Assembly (NCBI RefSeq): GCF_001194135.2
Contig: NC_068993.1
Coordinates: 52,448,510 to 52,500,203, forward strand
From: Octopus bimaculoides
Lineage: Eukaryota
Length of the DNA stretch: 51,694 nt
Reading direction: 5' to 3'
In this document: one piece after another, positions 13,448 to 26,192 of the stretch
Numbering within the stretch: position 1 is the stretch's first letter
Layout: each line of letters opens with the position of its first letter
Program-made: the position numbers and the translations under genes
The notes under the pieces: generated by a model
The model's input: only the letters and a program-made list of their open reading frames with translations
Databases searched by the model: none
What the model was told of the DNA's origin: nothing

Positions 13448-13987
13448 GTATGTTAAATACCTTAATATAAAGTGCAAACACACCATAGTTGTAATAGAAT
13501 TTGAATTCCTGGCCTATAGTCCACTGCCTTAACCATACAGCCAGTTTACCTCCAAACTGAGTACCTCTGTAGATTTAAACATATGAGAGTATGTCTTTTT
13601 AATGGAGAGTACTGTAACTAAGGATGCAATAAAATGTGATTGAATTTGCACTCTGTCACACAATGTAGTGAGTTACAATTTGTTCTAATATGACTAAAAT
13701 CACTCATTGAAAATATTGTACGATGGCACACTGGTGTGCCATAAGATCTAGCTAGATGTGTCACAAAAATAATAGCTATCACATATCTTTTAAAAAGATG
13801 AAAGAGAAAAAAAATCAGTAATTCTGAAAATAAATGCTTCTTAACTTTGCTTCATTTATTGAATGGACAGGCATAAGTACTTGATAATTTTCTGTAGTTT
13901 AAAATATTTATTGTCAAAGACTAAACTATAATGAATAACATTTTTTAATACAATTTTTTTGTTTCTTTCTTTTTACTTTATGCACAG

Positions 13988-14072
13988 AGTCTATCAGTGC
14001 ACAAAGTACACCAATATATTTTCATTTGTTCTGAAGTATGCTTCTCATAAAAAAGAAAAAAAATTAAAAGAA
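13988..14072 (+). CDS. Candidate upstream PDE2 exon ((R)VYQCTKYTNIFSFVLKYASHKKEKKLKE), 85 nt, phase 2 to 0
   Basis: AG-free pyrimidine tract of about 68 nt ending tgcacag|, donor GAA|gtttgt. Frame is open and phase fits exon 18029. No clear homology recognised. Confidence 0.4.
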
Positions 14073-15599
14073 GTTTGTGAACCATTGCTTTAAATGTTTT
14101 CATTGTATCATTGCTGGATCGATGTTTAATATGACAGAGATAAGCAGGAAAGTCTTCCTTCTGTTGAGAATGTCAATTTTTAGAAATATTATTGACTGTA
14201 GTTCCTCAATTACTAGTATTATTGTAGTTTCATTTCAATACTAGAACTATTTTGTCCCTGATGATTTCTATGATGCTTCACTTGAGCAGTGTAGTAAAAT
14301 AGACCATATGATGTGCATGGTTAATTTTTAACTGAAGTAATTCTCTGGAAAATTGAATCATAAAATTGCTATTTGCTTGCAAAATGCTGAGAAGACATTA
14401 TTTAATGAAAGATAAGAAAGTTAAAAGGAGAGACATTGAAGTTTAGATATGTTTTTCTAGAAGCCATTGAAGCTAATGCAGCAAGATAAAGGTTTTCTAA
14501 ATATCTGCAGAATAATAGATTTTCCAGTACAATGGATGCATATTTGATAAAGTCATGTTCTTCAGTGATTCAATGGCTTAAGGAGTATTTGATTCTCTGA
14601 AACCTTCAAGAGGCTATCTTTGAAGGTTATTAAATTTTCTACTATAAAAGATAGCTCATCTTTTAGAAATGCAAAAATAAATTCTCTGAATTCTTCTCAT
14701 TTTTGTACATATTTGAAGTATCATTGCTAATTGATATTTCACATTTATATTTTTTTAATTGCAATTAATTTTACTTAATTATAATTGGTTTTTGAGTGTC
14801 ATTTTAGTTAATAGATGTCAATATATCTAATGCTAGGCAAAATGCTTTGCAACATTTCATCCATCGTTACATTCTAAATTTAGATTCTAAGGTTGACTTT
14901 GCCTTTCATCTTTTTTGGGGGGTCAATAAAATAAGACCAGTTGAGCACTAGGGTCAGTGTAATCAACTTAGTCCTGCCCCTGAAATTGCTGGCCTTGTGC
15001 CAAAATTTGAAACCAATATGTGCAATGCTTATATTTAGTGAATGTTACTGATGTAAAACTCTCTGCTTTGGTGTATCTAGCAACTGTGGATAAGTTCACT
15101 TCATAGATACATAGTTCCAGACTTCTTCTACAGTAACCATGGGTTGGTCAGTACTTTGTGAGTGGAATTTGGTAGATAGAAACTACTGAAGTCCATTGTA
15201 TATATATTTATATGGATATCTATCACCAGTGTATAGTGATAAAAGATATAAATGTAAGCAAGAAAACTGAGAAGTCAGTGCATTCCAAATGAATTCTCTT
15301 GTGATATTTGTTAGCACTGAATTATACAGACAGTCTCTTGTGACTGTCACCATTGAGAATGCAATAGACCAGTAATTGGCCCATTTGAAACATGAAACCA
15401 ATTATGCTATTGTTCACAGACTGTGATATAAATAAATAAATATGCAAGCCACAGAGGATGGACAAGTTATTTGTGTTTGGTTTATAATTCTACAAACAAA
15501 CAGTTGTAATATTGTAGGATGTAAATTAAATAATAGATTAGTCATAGTCAGGTTTGGTAAAAAGATACTTTAATGTTTTGGACATGTCATAGAAACACC

Positions 15600-15960
15600 A
15601 TTCATCTTCTCCACTCACTGTTCCTGGAAGAGTTGTCAGAGTAGAGTCCTCAGATGCTTCCTCCATAGGGTCTTATCTAAAGCAACTGTCATTAGACTTC
15701 CTGGCTGGATTCCCAAGCATGACTAACTGAGACTATGGTTATTGTCCAATCACCCTATTCTTGGTCTATTCCCTAAGTCTTCTGTTGGTTGGCTCAGTTT
15801 GAAGAATTTTTCTTGCAAATCGTTCCTGCAACATTCTGTGACTTCCCTATGTGGAGAAGTAGTAGCATGACTTGGAGAGACCCCTTGATCTCTGAGCTGC
15901 ACCTTGTCAAGTAACATTTGGATTTGCAATTGTACTCTTTTGATCATTCCTCAACCATTG
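15600..15960 (-). mobile_element. RTE-clade LINE ORF2 3' fragment, degenerate
   Basis: Frameshifted minus-strand motifs LDKV..SSEIKGSLQVMLLLLHIGKSQ, RMLQERFARKILQ, LDNNHSL and VALDKTLWRKHLR. Confidence 0.6.
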
Positions 15961-18028
15961 ACTGTTTAACTTGAAAATATTTCTAGGATGAAAGATATTG
16001 TCCAAATTTTTCTTCTAATCTAAAGATTTTTAGCAAGGCAGGAATCACATAAAATATGGTTATATTATCATATCTTTTTATAAACAAGCCTGTACTAGAA
16101 TAATAAAGATTAATAAAGCTGTTCCATTCTTCAGACGAGGCACAAGGTCTTCTTTTTTTTTTTTTTGTTAGAAATTCATAGTTGACTGAATTGAGCCCTG
16201 TATATTACTGGTATTTATTTTATCAATTCAAAACAGTTGCAAAGCACAGATGTTGCTGAAAAATTCCACTCTGCTCAGTCCCCTCTATCACCTGTCTTGT
16301 TTAATTAAGCTGTATCCTTTATAGCTTTCTGTATACTTTACTTAATATGGATATACTGTAAAATGAACTTTTTGTCTGATACTGATCTATTTCGGTGCTC
16401 TTTAGCACTGTACCTCTGTACGAGATGCTTTTCTGGCTTTCTGCAGCATATCCACGTTAAGTAAGATATACAAAATGCTATTCTGAACTAATACTGTTTC
16501 CATTGCTAATAACAAATAATTATCTTTATCTTTTGCTATTCACTTTATGATTGATCTTCTCTAATCTATGATCTGCTTCTGATTACATATTTTATGTATT
16601 TATATATTTTTATTTGAACCAACAAACTTTTATTATGTATCAAACTCAAACCATTTCATGCACACCATTTCAGTTGAACCCTAAGCATATATATTTGATT
16701 TCAACTCAAGCCTATATGCATCATGTAACATGTACCTCAACACATCATTTACACCTCTGTAACATTACATTATAAACTTAAACAAGGTAGTCTCTACATG
16801 GTTGCTCAACCTATTAGAAATTGCAGCCAAATCACTTCTAAATCACACTCAACTATCTTAAAAAGCAAATAGGCAAATTTGATAATGTAGTCCTAGGTAC
16901 ACAATGTCTAAAATATGAGGTAGAGTGGTCAAGCTGGAAAGCCATTGTTTATAGATATACTCTGTTGGAAGTTAAGAATTAAGTTACAACAATAGCATGT
17001 CAAGCCAAAAGAAGGCAGGGTCACCATGTACTCACTTGGCTAACTAGAAATAGCTGCCAAATCTCCTTCAATGCACATCCTAACATCTTAGAAAAGGAAA
17101 ATCACTGTAGATACTATCTAAAAAAATATGTGATGGTCTTGTTTGGAACACTTTGATCAGAAGTTTCCTCAATCAGGGCTCATCAGGGGGTCTAACAACA
17201 ACACCTATACAGGTTATGTACACTATAGTAACACTGACCTAAACACATGTATATATGTATTGCAACCAACATCTAAACACCATGTAAAAACATCAGTCTG
17301 GTTACACAACTTAGGCAAAGAAAAGAATGAAATAAACTTAGGTTAGTTTATTTCATTTCATGCTTAATCCATAAACTAACCACGTGGTTTTGGGTCTCTG
17401 TCCCTATGACTGAAGCAAGCAAAAGATAAAAGATAAAACTGTATCTATCACTTTTCTATACAATAAATCTATATAATATTTATACCCTAAGTTTCTTTGC
17501 ACCAGGTCAGCCCTGATTGAGAAAGCCTCTGATCAAATATATTCCAGTCATGCCCATCCCATATTTTTATGTGTCGTGAACTATGTTGTCCAATGTGATC
17601 TTACTTTCCTTGGGGGTAACCTGTAAGAGATTTGTCTGCCATTTCTAGTCGGTCCACCAGGTGGTTTCTTCATTGTTTATTGTCTATATTATAGCTAAAC
17701 CATGTAATATACAATAGGATCCTTAGTATATCTATTGTTAATATGTACTGACGACTATAAATATGGCATATGTACATTATATTATGATCATGATGACTAC
17801 ACAATGTAAGATTAAGTCTATATTATGTAAATAAAGATTATATTTACACTTTACTATATTTGTACTACAGAACAGCTTCACAACCATGTCATGTAAATTC
17901 TAAATTTGTTAATATACATCATTAAGAAAATCTTTGTTTAAAAGAATTCCTATTGAATTCCAATATTTAGAATTTACTATCATTACCATTCTCTTAATTT
18001 TCCAATTGTTCTCTCTCTCTTTCTGCAG

Positions 18029-18110
18029 ACAAACGCCGCTTATAAGCGGTTAAAATCTCAGGCGATGGGCACGGACAATAAAAGAGATGCTGCAGTTCTT
18101 CAGCTCTGTG
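18029..18110 (+). CDS. PDE2A: PDE2A-like phosphodiesterase exon, linker into GAF-A (TNAAYKRLKSQAMGTDNKRDAAVLQLC+G), 82 nt, phase 0 to 1
   Basis: Acceptor ctctctctttctgcag|, donor TGTG|gtaagt. Only one frame is open. DAAVLQLC resembles human PDE2A DRKILQLC (recalled, not searched). Confidence 0.85.
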
Positions 18111-19424
18111 GTAAGTGTGAATAGTTTAACTCTTGAATGGCAGGAAAAGGTTGCATGGATGTGTGTACTAAATGGGCAAAAACAAAAACAAAAAAAAAAC
18201 CTCTTATTCTTAAGGGTAATTTTTACACTAATTTTCACTTTAAATAAATACAAAATCTTCACTTTTCTTTGCGTCTGACATGAGCATAAATTCATATGAG
18301 ATTCCCACATTGTTGTCAAACCAGATATATAAAGGGAGAAATATCAGTGCATTTTTTTCATCTAGAGATAGTTGAAGCATCGTGTGGTTCTGTGCTATTT
18401 AGAATATCTTCATCACTCTGTATATTTTCCATTTGTGACTTGACTTCTCCCATTGATAGGGGCTGCTTACACACAGACACATTTGATAAAGTAGACACTC
18501 AAACATTAATTGATGATAGTTGTATCCATGTAAAAATTTTTGAAACATTAACTGATGGTGTTCACCATTCTCTAATGAAACATCAATTAATGATGTCTGT
18601 CATTTAAAGGTTAAATATAACTTCATCATGGTGTTAGACAGGTTATTTAAAATTTAATTGATACACAGCATGGGGTTATATCACCAAGCTCTAAGCTTCA
18701 CAAATATATTAAATGGAGAAAGGAAAGAATCATAAGATCCATGGGCATTGCTCTTTGCAACTACATTGTTTTGGATTTAGCCCCTCTGTGTGGCACCTTG
18801 GGCAAGTGTCTTTTTAAATTGTAACCCCAGGCCAACCAATACCTCGTGAATGAATTTGGTAGACAAAAACTGTATGGAAGCCTGTCATTTGTGTATGTGT
18901 GTGTCATTGAATCGAAAGAGTTGTATTATATTCTCAATTATAGTATCTATTATTCCTAATGTGTTGACAGCACATACTCTGCACAACTTTCTCTCTCACA
19001 CACATACACACACACATTCTTAGACCATCTATCCGGTAGACACACCTACTTACATTTATTTATGAGACCATCTGTCTGGTTGACAACTGTTTGTGAGCCA
19101 GCCTTCTTTAAACACTGCTCAGTCATTGACCTGTCTTCTCTCATTTTGTCTGACTTTGTGTGTGTGTGTATGTGTTTGTGTGTGTGCATGTGCATGCACA
19201 TGTGTGTGTGTCTGTGTAGATGTTTACTTTCTGTGCACTTTGCATGAAAAAAGGCTACTGAGCTATGAGTAATGAAGTTTCTTGTCATTTCCCTACTACC
19301 AAATCATCCACTGGCACTGCACTTTCAAAGATGTACATAACGAGAGATCACTTACTTGAAAAGGGGTAGCAACAAGAAGGGCATCTGGCTGTAAAACAAA
19401 GCCTCAATAAAATATTTTCAGGTG

Positions 19425-19590
19425 GGGCTGTGTGGTAAAAACTTTACTTCCCAAACACATGGTTCTAGGTTCGGTCTCTCTGCATGGCACTTTGGGCAAA
19501 TGTCTTCTACTATAGCCTTGTGGTGACAAAAGCCATGTGAGTGGATTTAGTAAATGGAAAGTAAAAGAAGCCTGTTGTATAAATATCATC
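19425..19590 (+). mobile_element. tRNA-derived SINE (ggctgtgtggtaa...ggcaccttgggcaagtgtcttc family)
   Basis: Same family at about 9.1k, 18.75k, 27985-28345, 37190-37372 (-), 38435-38875, 49050-49200 (-) and 50630-50725 (-). Confidence 0.8.
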
Positions 19591-21039
19591 ATCGTCTGAA
19601 GTCTGCTTTCCATGCTGGCATGAGTTGGACAGTTTGGACAGGAGCTGGCCAGGTAGAAAATTGCAGCAGATTTCTGTGTCTGTTTTGGCATGATTTTTGT
19701 GGCTGGATACCGTTCCTAACACCAACTAGCCCGCAGAGTGAACTGAGTGCTTTTTACATGGCACAAGCACAAGCAAGGTCAGTTTTGGCATGGTTTTTAC
19801 TGCCAGATGCCCTTTCCAAACACCAACCACTTTACAGTGTGGACTGGATATAACAGCCAACTTTTCCTCAAATTAAACCTCGTTGTCTTAAATATAAAAG
19901 ACACATCGGATAATGTAGTCTTAGACACACTATGCCTGAAAAGAAAGACAGAATTATCATGGCTGGGTTGCCTTTTATCATAGGTCTGCTTGATCAGGGC
20001 TGACATAGGGCCTAAACAACAACAAGTAACTATTAATAGATTGGATAATGTTATAAGATGAGATCAGATAAAAGATTTGTTTGAGTATGAATTCTGTAAT
20101 GCCAATATCAGTCTAAGAAATCATCATCATCATTATTATCATCATTGCACTAACTTTTTGTTATTATTATAGTGACCATGTTTACATTCTCTACATTTCA
20201 TGGATTCTTTTGTCCATTCTTATTTCCCGATGGGATATTTTCACAGTTATTGTGTTTATCATTCTGAGGAGTCTTTAAACTTATAATTGTTTTATATTTA
20301 ACCAACAGTTTTCTTTGCTATATTTTGTTATTGCTGTTCTTGTTGCTGTTTTTGTTGCATTCTTTGTCTTTTCTCTTATTGTTATCTTTGGAACTGAATT
20401 TGCTATGATTTTATAACATTCTGTCTGCTAAAGAAAATAAATAGCAAAAAAAAAACCATATTGTTTGAAGTTTGTATGTGATTGTTTTTAGAATAAATTA
20501 TACATCAAGACTACTTAAACAGCATGGTGGGTAATAATCAGCTGTGTGTTGTATTTTAGTCAGAATTTTCCTATAATGATTCAGTTTTTTAGAGATTGAA
20601 GATATTTTTGGATGAAGACTGGGGGAGATTTTGATAGATTAAAAATGACAGCATTCAGAGGAAGAAAAAAGTATTATCACAAATATTTTCATAGAATTAT
20701 TTTATTTACTGCTTATTTCTTCTTTTAGAGTACTTATACTTTCTTTTTGATTTGCTGTTTATTTTATGCTAGTTTTAAAAAAATTTCTAGATTTATTGGT
20801 GGAGGGGGTGCAGTTTCTTCTTTAGCTTCTAATTCAACATATTTAATACCCTTTATTGTTATTTATTGCATATCACAGTCTAGAAATAATAATACCTTTG
20901 TTTACAGATTCCCAATGAGGTAATCTTTAGTTCACTGTATTTCTGAGGGCAAGAGAACTTAGAGGATTTTGTTCAAAAAACCACCAGGATTTTTTCCAAT
21001 GTTTGCATCCATCCTTGATATAAAATGATTTCAAATTTT

Positions 21040-21420
21040 AACATAAGACCAACAATTTTGAGGAAAGGTATAAGTCATTTACATTGAATTCAAATTTCCA
21101 CACAAGGCCAGCAATTTCGAAGGAAATTGACCACTGTGTTCAACTGGTATTTATTTTATCGACCCTGAAAGAACGAAAGGCAAAGCCAACCTCAGCAGGA
21201 TTTGAACTCAGAATGTAAAGACAGATGAAATGCTGCTAAGCATGTTGCCCAGTGTGGTAACGATTCTGCCAGCTCACCATCAATTACATAACCACAGTAC
21301 TTAACCAAAAAGATGAAAGGCAAAGTAAACCCCAGTGGAATTTCAGCTCAGAACATAATGAGTAGGAGAAATATCATAAAGCATTTTTTGCCAATGATTT
21401 AACAATTCTGCTTGCTTGCC
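21040..21420 (-). mobile_element. Cluster of nested or tandem SINE copies
   Basis: Repeated aaaggcaaag...gaactcagaa and aatttcaaattt...acaaggccagcaattt blocks. Confidence 0.7.
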
Positions 21421-21859
21421 TTCCCTGATATATAATGAAAACTAGAAGCAGACATGCATCAATGACCTTTGTGCATTTGTTGTAGACACAGGCCTAGGCA
21501 AGATGTTTTATGGAAGAATACCAGTTAATGTCAAACAAGACCTTTTTCCTTGGAAAACAATGGGGGCTTGAAAACAAATATGGCACTTGTATTGTCCTTG
21601 TTATTTCCATCAGAAAGAGAGTCGGGGCAGAGACTGCAAAGCATCTCATCTTGTGCTCTTACAATTCTGCTGATTTGTTATTCTGGACTAGTACTTCATT
21701 TATCAGCCCCCCCCCCCCCCAAAGGATAGAAAGGAACAGTGAACTTGCAAGGATTTGAATTCAGAGTATTGAAAGGTGGAACAAATACCACAAGGTATTT
21801 TGTTTGATTTTCTAACAACTGTATGAGTACATGTGCTGGAGGTGATAGTAGCATTTGTC

Positions 21860-22130
21860 TAAATCCCTTTTAGTCATTCCCAAAGTACTTATTTATTATA
21901 GGGATTCTCTTTGTTATCAATCCCCACATTCTGGTAATCTCTATTTCAAGATTTATATAATTGAATAATTTCTCCATTTCATTTAAAGTTACATTAGCTT
22001 CTTCTTGGGCTGATGCTTTAATCAGAAAGCACTTCTTTTCCTGGCAGTGTTCAACAACAGCTTCTGGATAATTTAAATTCGTCATGATTTGTTTGTGTAG
22101 ATTACTATATCCCAGGCCATAGTCATTTTG
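21860..22130 (-). mobile_element. Second, older R4/Dong-like endonuclease fragment
   Basis: Supplied ORF ...QEKKCFLIKAS...NVTLNEMEKLFNYINLEIEITRMWGLITKRIPII resembles the family motif KExEKxxKYxDLxxEIxRMW. Upstream frame reads TMAWDIVIYTNK. Confidence 0.6.
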
Positions 22131-23173
22131 TCAGTCTCTTTTTTGCTTTATGCATGTATTACATCTTTTCTGTCTGCTTGATCAGAGGAACCAATTTCTC
22201 ATTAAAGTACTGAGTACTTGGCTGAATATTCCATAGATGCTTATACCCTTAGTATAATCCTCAGTCGGGATAAGCATGACTCTGTATATAACAAACCGGA
22301 TATAATCCGTTTCATTGGTTTTCATATAGTCTTGACCTGCACAATTTTACTCATAAAACAAATGACAATCCTCATCATCATCAGCAGCAGCAGCACCACT
22401 ACCACCACACACCACCATCATCATCATCATCATTACGATCATCACCATCATTGTTGTCGTTTTCACCAGATCCATGCAATTTTTACTGCTCACCAGGTTT
22501 CCCTCTTTGTTCCTTCTGTGTCTGTGAGTTACATCTGTTTTTGTTTTGCTGTTCCTGGTGTAATTTTAGTGTTTGTTATGTAGAATATGGGAAACAAGAG
22601 ATGTGTCATTTTGTTAGTTGTTGATCATGTTTCATATGTGATTATGTAGGTTGTATTATATGTTTTAGTGTCAGGTGCTGTGTAGGTTATTGGATGACAC
22701 ACCTGCAGAACATGAGTCCTTGATGGTGTGTTGGATAGGTTATAGTATCGAGTATTGATTATGTTAGTCAATGTGTAATATATTTTGTGTGAGTTGTGTT
22801 GTTATTTTATCATGTGACGGTTGTATAGTAAATGTGTTGCAGGGGTTGTGCAGAAATTTTAACTGTGAGAATTATATTATTCTACAGAAAACATTTTGCA
22901 TAGAATAGGGGTTCTACGTAACAGGGTTATTTTGTGGGAACTGCATGTAGAATTGTGAGCCCTACCATAAGTTTTATGGGGCTTTTTTTTTTTTTACCAA
23001 TTGTTTGCATAGCCTTCTCTAGGTGCTAATTTTTTGTTTCATTATTTAATATATATATATATATATAAAGGGTAAAGACCCCTTCAGTCATGAATGACTA
23101 TGATATTCTGGCTTACTTAGACTCCATCAAGATTTGCAGAATCATTTTTCAGAATATTCTGGAAATCTGTTCT

Positions 23174-23234
<61 letters not shown>

Positions 23235-23605
23235 CTGTCTATCTATCTATCCTCCCCCCCCTCTCTCACACACTCACACACAGCTCTTTTCTGGTGTCTG
23301 ATTAAATTGTTTCCTCATATATATATAAATTAAAAATCATTTGCTTTTTTCAGGTTTTCTTTATGCATCAATCAATTTCTAGTGAATCCCATAATCCATT
23401 TAGTCATGGAGACATCATAGCCCACTCAGTCATATCAAATTGCCAGCATCCAAACAGCTGTGCCTAATTGTCTCATTCCACCTATCAAGTTGATCATCTG
23501 TGTTATCCAACTAGCAGTATATTAACATATGTGTGTATGGCAGTGGTATATTATATAGTAGAACAGTTATCTAGCTGTATACATATTTCTTATTAATTCT
23601 ATGTC

Positions 23606-23657
23606 TTAAAGTTATCTCTATAGATTTTCTATAGAAAATCTATAGAGATAACTTTAA
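23606..23657. repeat. Perfect 52-bp palindrome
   Basis: ttaaagttatctctatagattttcta|tagaaaatctatagagataactttaa. Confidence 0.95.
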
Positions 23658-23860
23658 AAAGTGAATGAATCGCACTGCTAACACAAGTAAGGCACAGTAT
23701 TGACACATAAGCTTTTAATGTACTTATGTACATTATTATTTTAATGTAGCATATTATAGTTGTATAACGAAATACATTATCCTACCAGCAATTAGTAATT
23801 CCATGTGTATTTTAATTCAGCATATGCCTGTACATTATTAGTTAAGACAATATAGATACA

Positions 23861-24112
23861 GCTCAGGTTAGGAAAGACAAGTGTTAGGAGACCATATAGG
23901 TGCTAGTTGGAGTGCAGTATGCTTCCCCGTAGAAGTTGAATGTAGGGGTTTTTATTGGAACCAGGCTAAGACAGTGACCGCTATCAACTGGTGTCAAACA
24001 TTGGTAAGCAAGTGACATCTTGAAAGACATCCAGATGACAGTGAAGAGAGCCAACCATTGGATATGGTTGAAAAGAAATTATGAAACCTGGCTGAAGAAG
24101 AAATTATCTTAA
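23861..24112 (+). mobile_element. HERO/NeSL-like non-LTR retrotransposon C-terminal fragment
   Basis: Plus-strand WSAVCFPVEVECRGF and TVKRANHWIWLKRNYETW resemble the HERO-type endonuclease C-terminus (PVEVGCRGF...AASxWLWLKR). Confidence 0.6.
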
Positions 24113-24948
24113 AATGGATTTGAGGCGAGATACTAGTCAGTCAGACTAATAGACCTCATATAAGGAGTTGAGGGCAGTGTGCATTTTTTCCCGGTGAGCC
24201 CTGAAACCTACTGGTATTTGGTATGTGGAGTTTTCAACTCTGCATTTGCTCAAACAAGCAGTTTTCAAGTCTCAGTAGCACAGTCAATGGTCACATTTAG
24301 TATTTACTACTGTATGTGTTAATACTTTCTAATTTTAAACTTTTATGAAATTTAAAACACCTACCAGCACCACACATCAACAACTGCATTCATTCTTCAC
24401 AGAGAGTAGCTGAAAGACAGGACCAAGAAAAACCAAAAAATAAAAATCATTTTGTTTTTTAAATTTCAAAAATATATTCTGTTCATTTTGTTTTAGTATT
24501 GAGGCAAAAGAAAAAAAAATACTACTAATAAATAAAATGCAAACAACTAGGTAGATTTTTTCGAAAAGGAAGGAAGAAGTGTATGTCACCAAGATGATCT
24601 CTTGCTTTGAGCTTGATTTTGATTTTGAAATGAGAAGTCAGAGAGAAGCAGTTGTTTAAGGTGTGCAACATTTTATAGATTTTGAAAGACATTTGATATT
24701 GTGCTAGATGAGGTGCACTTTCTATAAATGGAATCACCTACTGAACAGAGCAGTGTTATAGATCAAATCCTTCCTGTCTATCACAGCTGACAGCAACTTA
24801 ACTGTAGCTACTGGTTTCTTCTTTCTGTCACCTCTACACAAACACACACCCTGCAGATCTGAGCATTTATATAGATATGTACATGTGTATATTTATGAAT
24901 TTATATGTATTTCTTTATGTATGTATGTGTATATATATATATATATAT

Positions 24949-25534
24949 NNNNNNNNNNNNNNNNNNNNNNNNNNNNNNNNNNNNNNNNNNNNNNNNNNNN
25001 NNNNNNNNNNNNNNNNNNNNNNNNNNNNNNNNNNNNNNNNNNNNNNNNNNNNNNNNNNNNNNNNNNNNNNNNNNNNNNNNNNNNNNNNNNNNNNNNNNNN
25101 NNNNNNNNNNNNNNNNNNNNNNNNNNNNNNNNNNNNNNNNNNNNNNNNNNNNNNNNNNNNNNNNNNNNNNNNNNNNNNNNNNNNNNNNNNNNNNNNNNNN
25201 NNNNNNNNNNNNNNNNNNNNNNNNNNNNNNNNNNNNNNNNNNNNNNNNNNNNNNNNNNNNNNNNNNNNNNNNNNNNNNNNNNNNNNNNNNNNNNNNNNNN
25301 NNNNNNNNNNNNNNNNNNNNNNNNNNNNNNNNNNNNNNNNNNNNNNNNNNNNNNNNNNNNNNNNNNNNNNNNNNNNNNNNNNNNNNNNNNNNNNNNNNNN
25401 NNNNNNNNNNNNNNNNNNNNNNNNNNNNNNNNNNNNNNNNNNNNNNNNNNNNNNNNNNNNNNNNNNNNNNNNNNNNNNNNNNNNNNNNNNNNNNNNNNNN
25501 NNNNNNNNNNNNNNNNNNNNNNNNNNNNNNNNNN
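24949..25534. other. Assembly gap
   Basis: N run flanked by (AT)n. Confidence 1.
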
Positions 25535-25831
25535 TATATAATATCCAAGTGTGTGTGTAAATTTACTTTACCATTGTAGACTAAATGACTTTAAAAGAAA
25601 TATTCTTTTCAATTTCTCTTTCCTTTTAAAATATTGCTTTATTTTATTTTATTTTATTCTGTTGCTGTTGTTATTGTTGTTGTTGCTGCTCCAACAAGAG
25701 CAAAACCAACCAAACCAATAATTTCAGGAAATCCTATTTGATAGATGTCGCATTTTCCGATCAAGAATCAATATCTGGTTTAACTCACCTCAGGCTTCGG
25801 TTTCAATCAATGTTATTAAATTAATTTTCAG

Positions 25832-25866
25832 TCTTTTGTGGTCAATGACCTTGCAAAATGATGCTG
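25832..25866 (+). other. Candidate alternative exon: either a first exon encoding MTLQNDA (ATG 25845) or a frameshifting poison exon
   Basis: ttaattttcag| and CTG|gtatgt. The ATG frame ends in phase 1, matching exon 31106. Confidence 0.3.
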
Positions 25867-26192
25867 GTATGTGCGTATGTGAAAATAACATGTTAAATCA
25901 AAGCTGTGACAACATGAAAAAAGATGTGAATTTTAAAGTAACCTTATCTCTCTAGTTTACACTGAAATCTGTAGTATTGGTTAGATTAAACTTTGGGTAT
26001 GAGGTTTAATAAGATTGAACCATGACCAAAGTTATCACTATACTGCTAAAGATCAGCCATACCATGTACTGCCATCTATATTCAAGTGCCTATGTAGTCA
26101 CTAGCAGACATAGACACCATTTGTGTATGTGCAATATATATATATATATATATATATATCCGAGTATGTATGGTTGTGTATAGAACAATATA

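Noticed and set aside
18065-18082. MG start as a myristoylation signal, as in vertebrate PDE2A3
   Set aside because: MGTDNK lacks Ser/Thr at position 6 and has Asp at position 4; the ATG may simply be internal.
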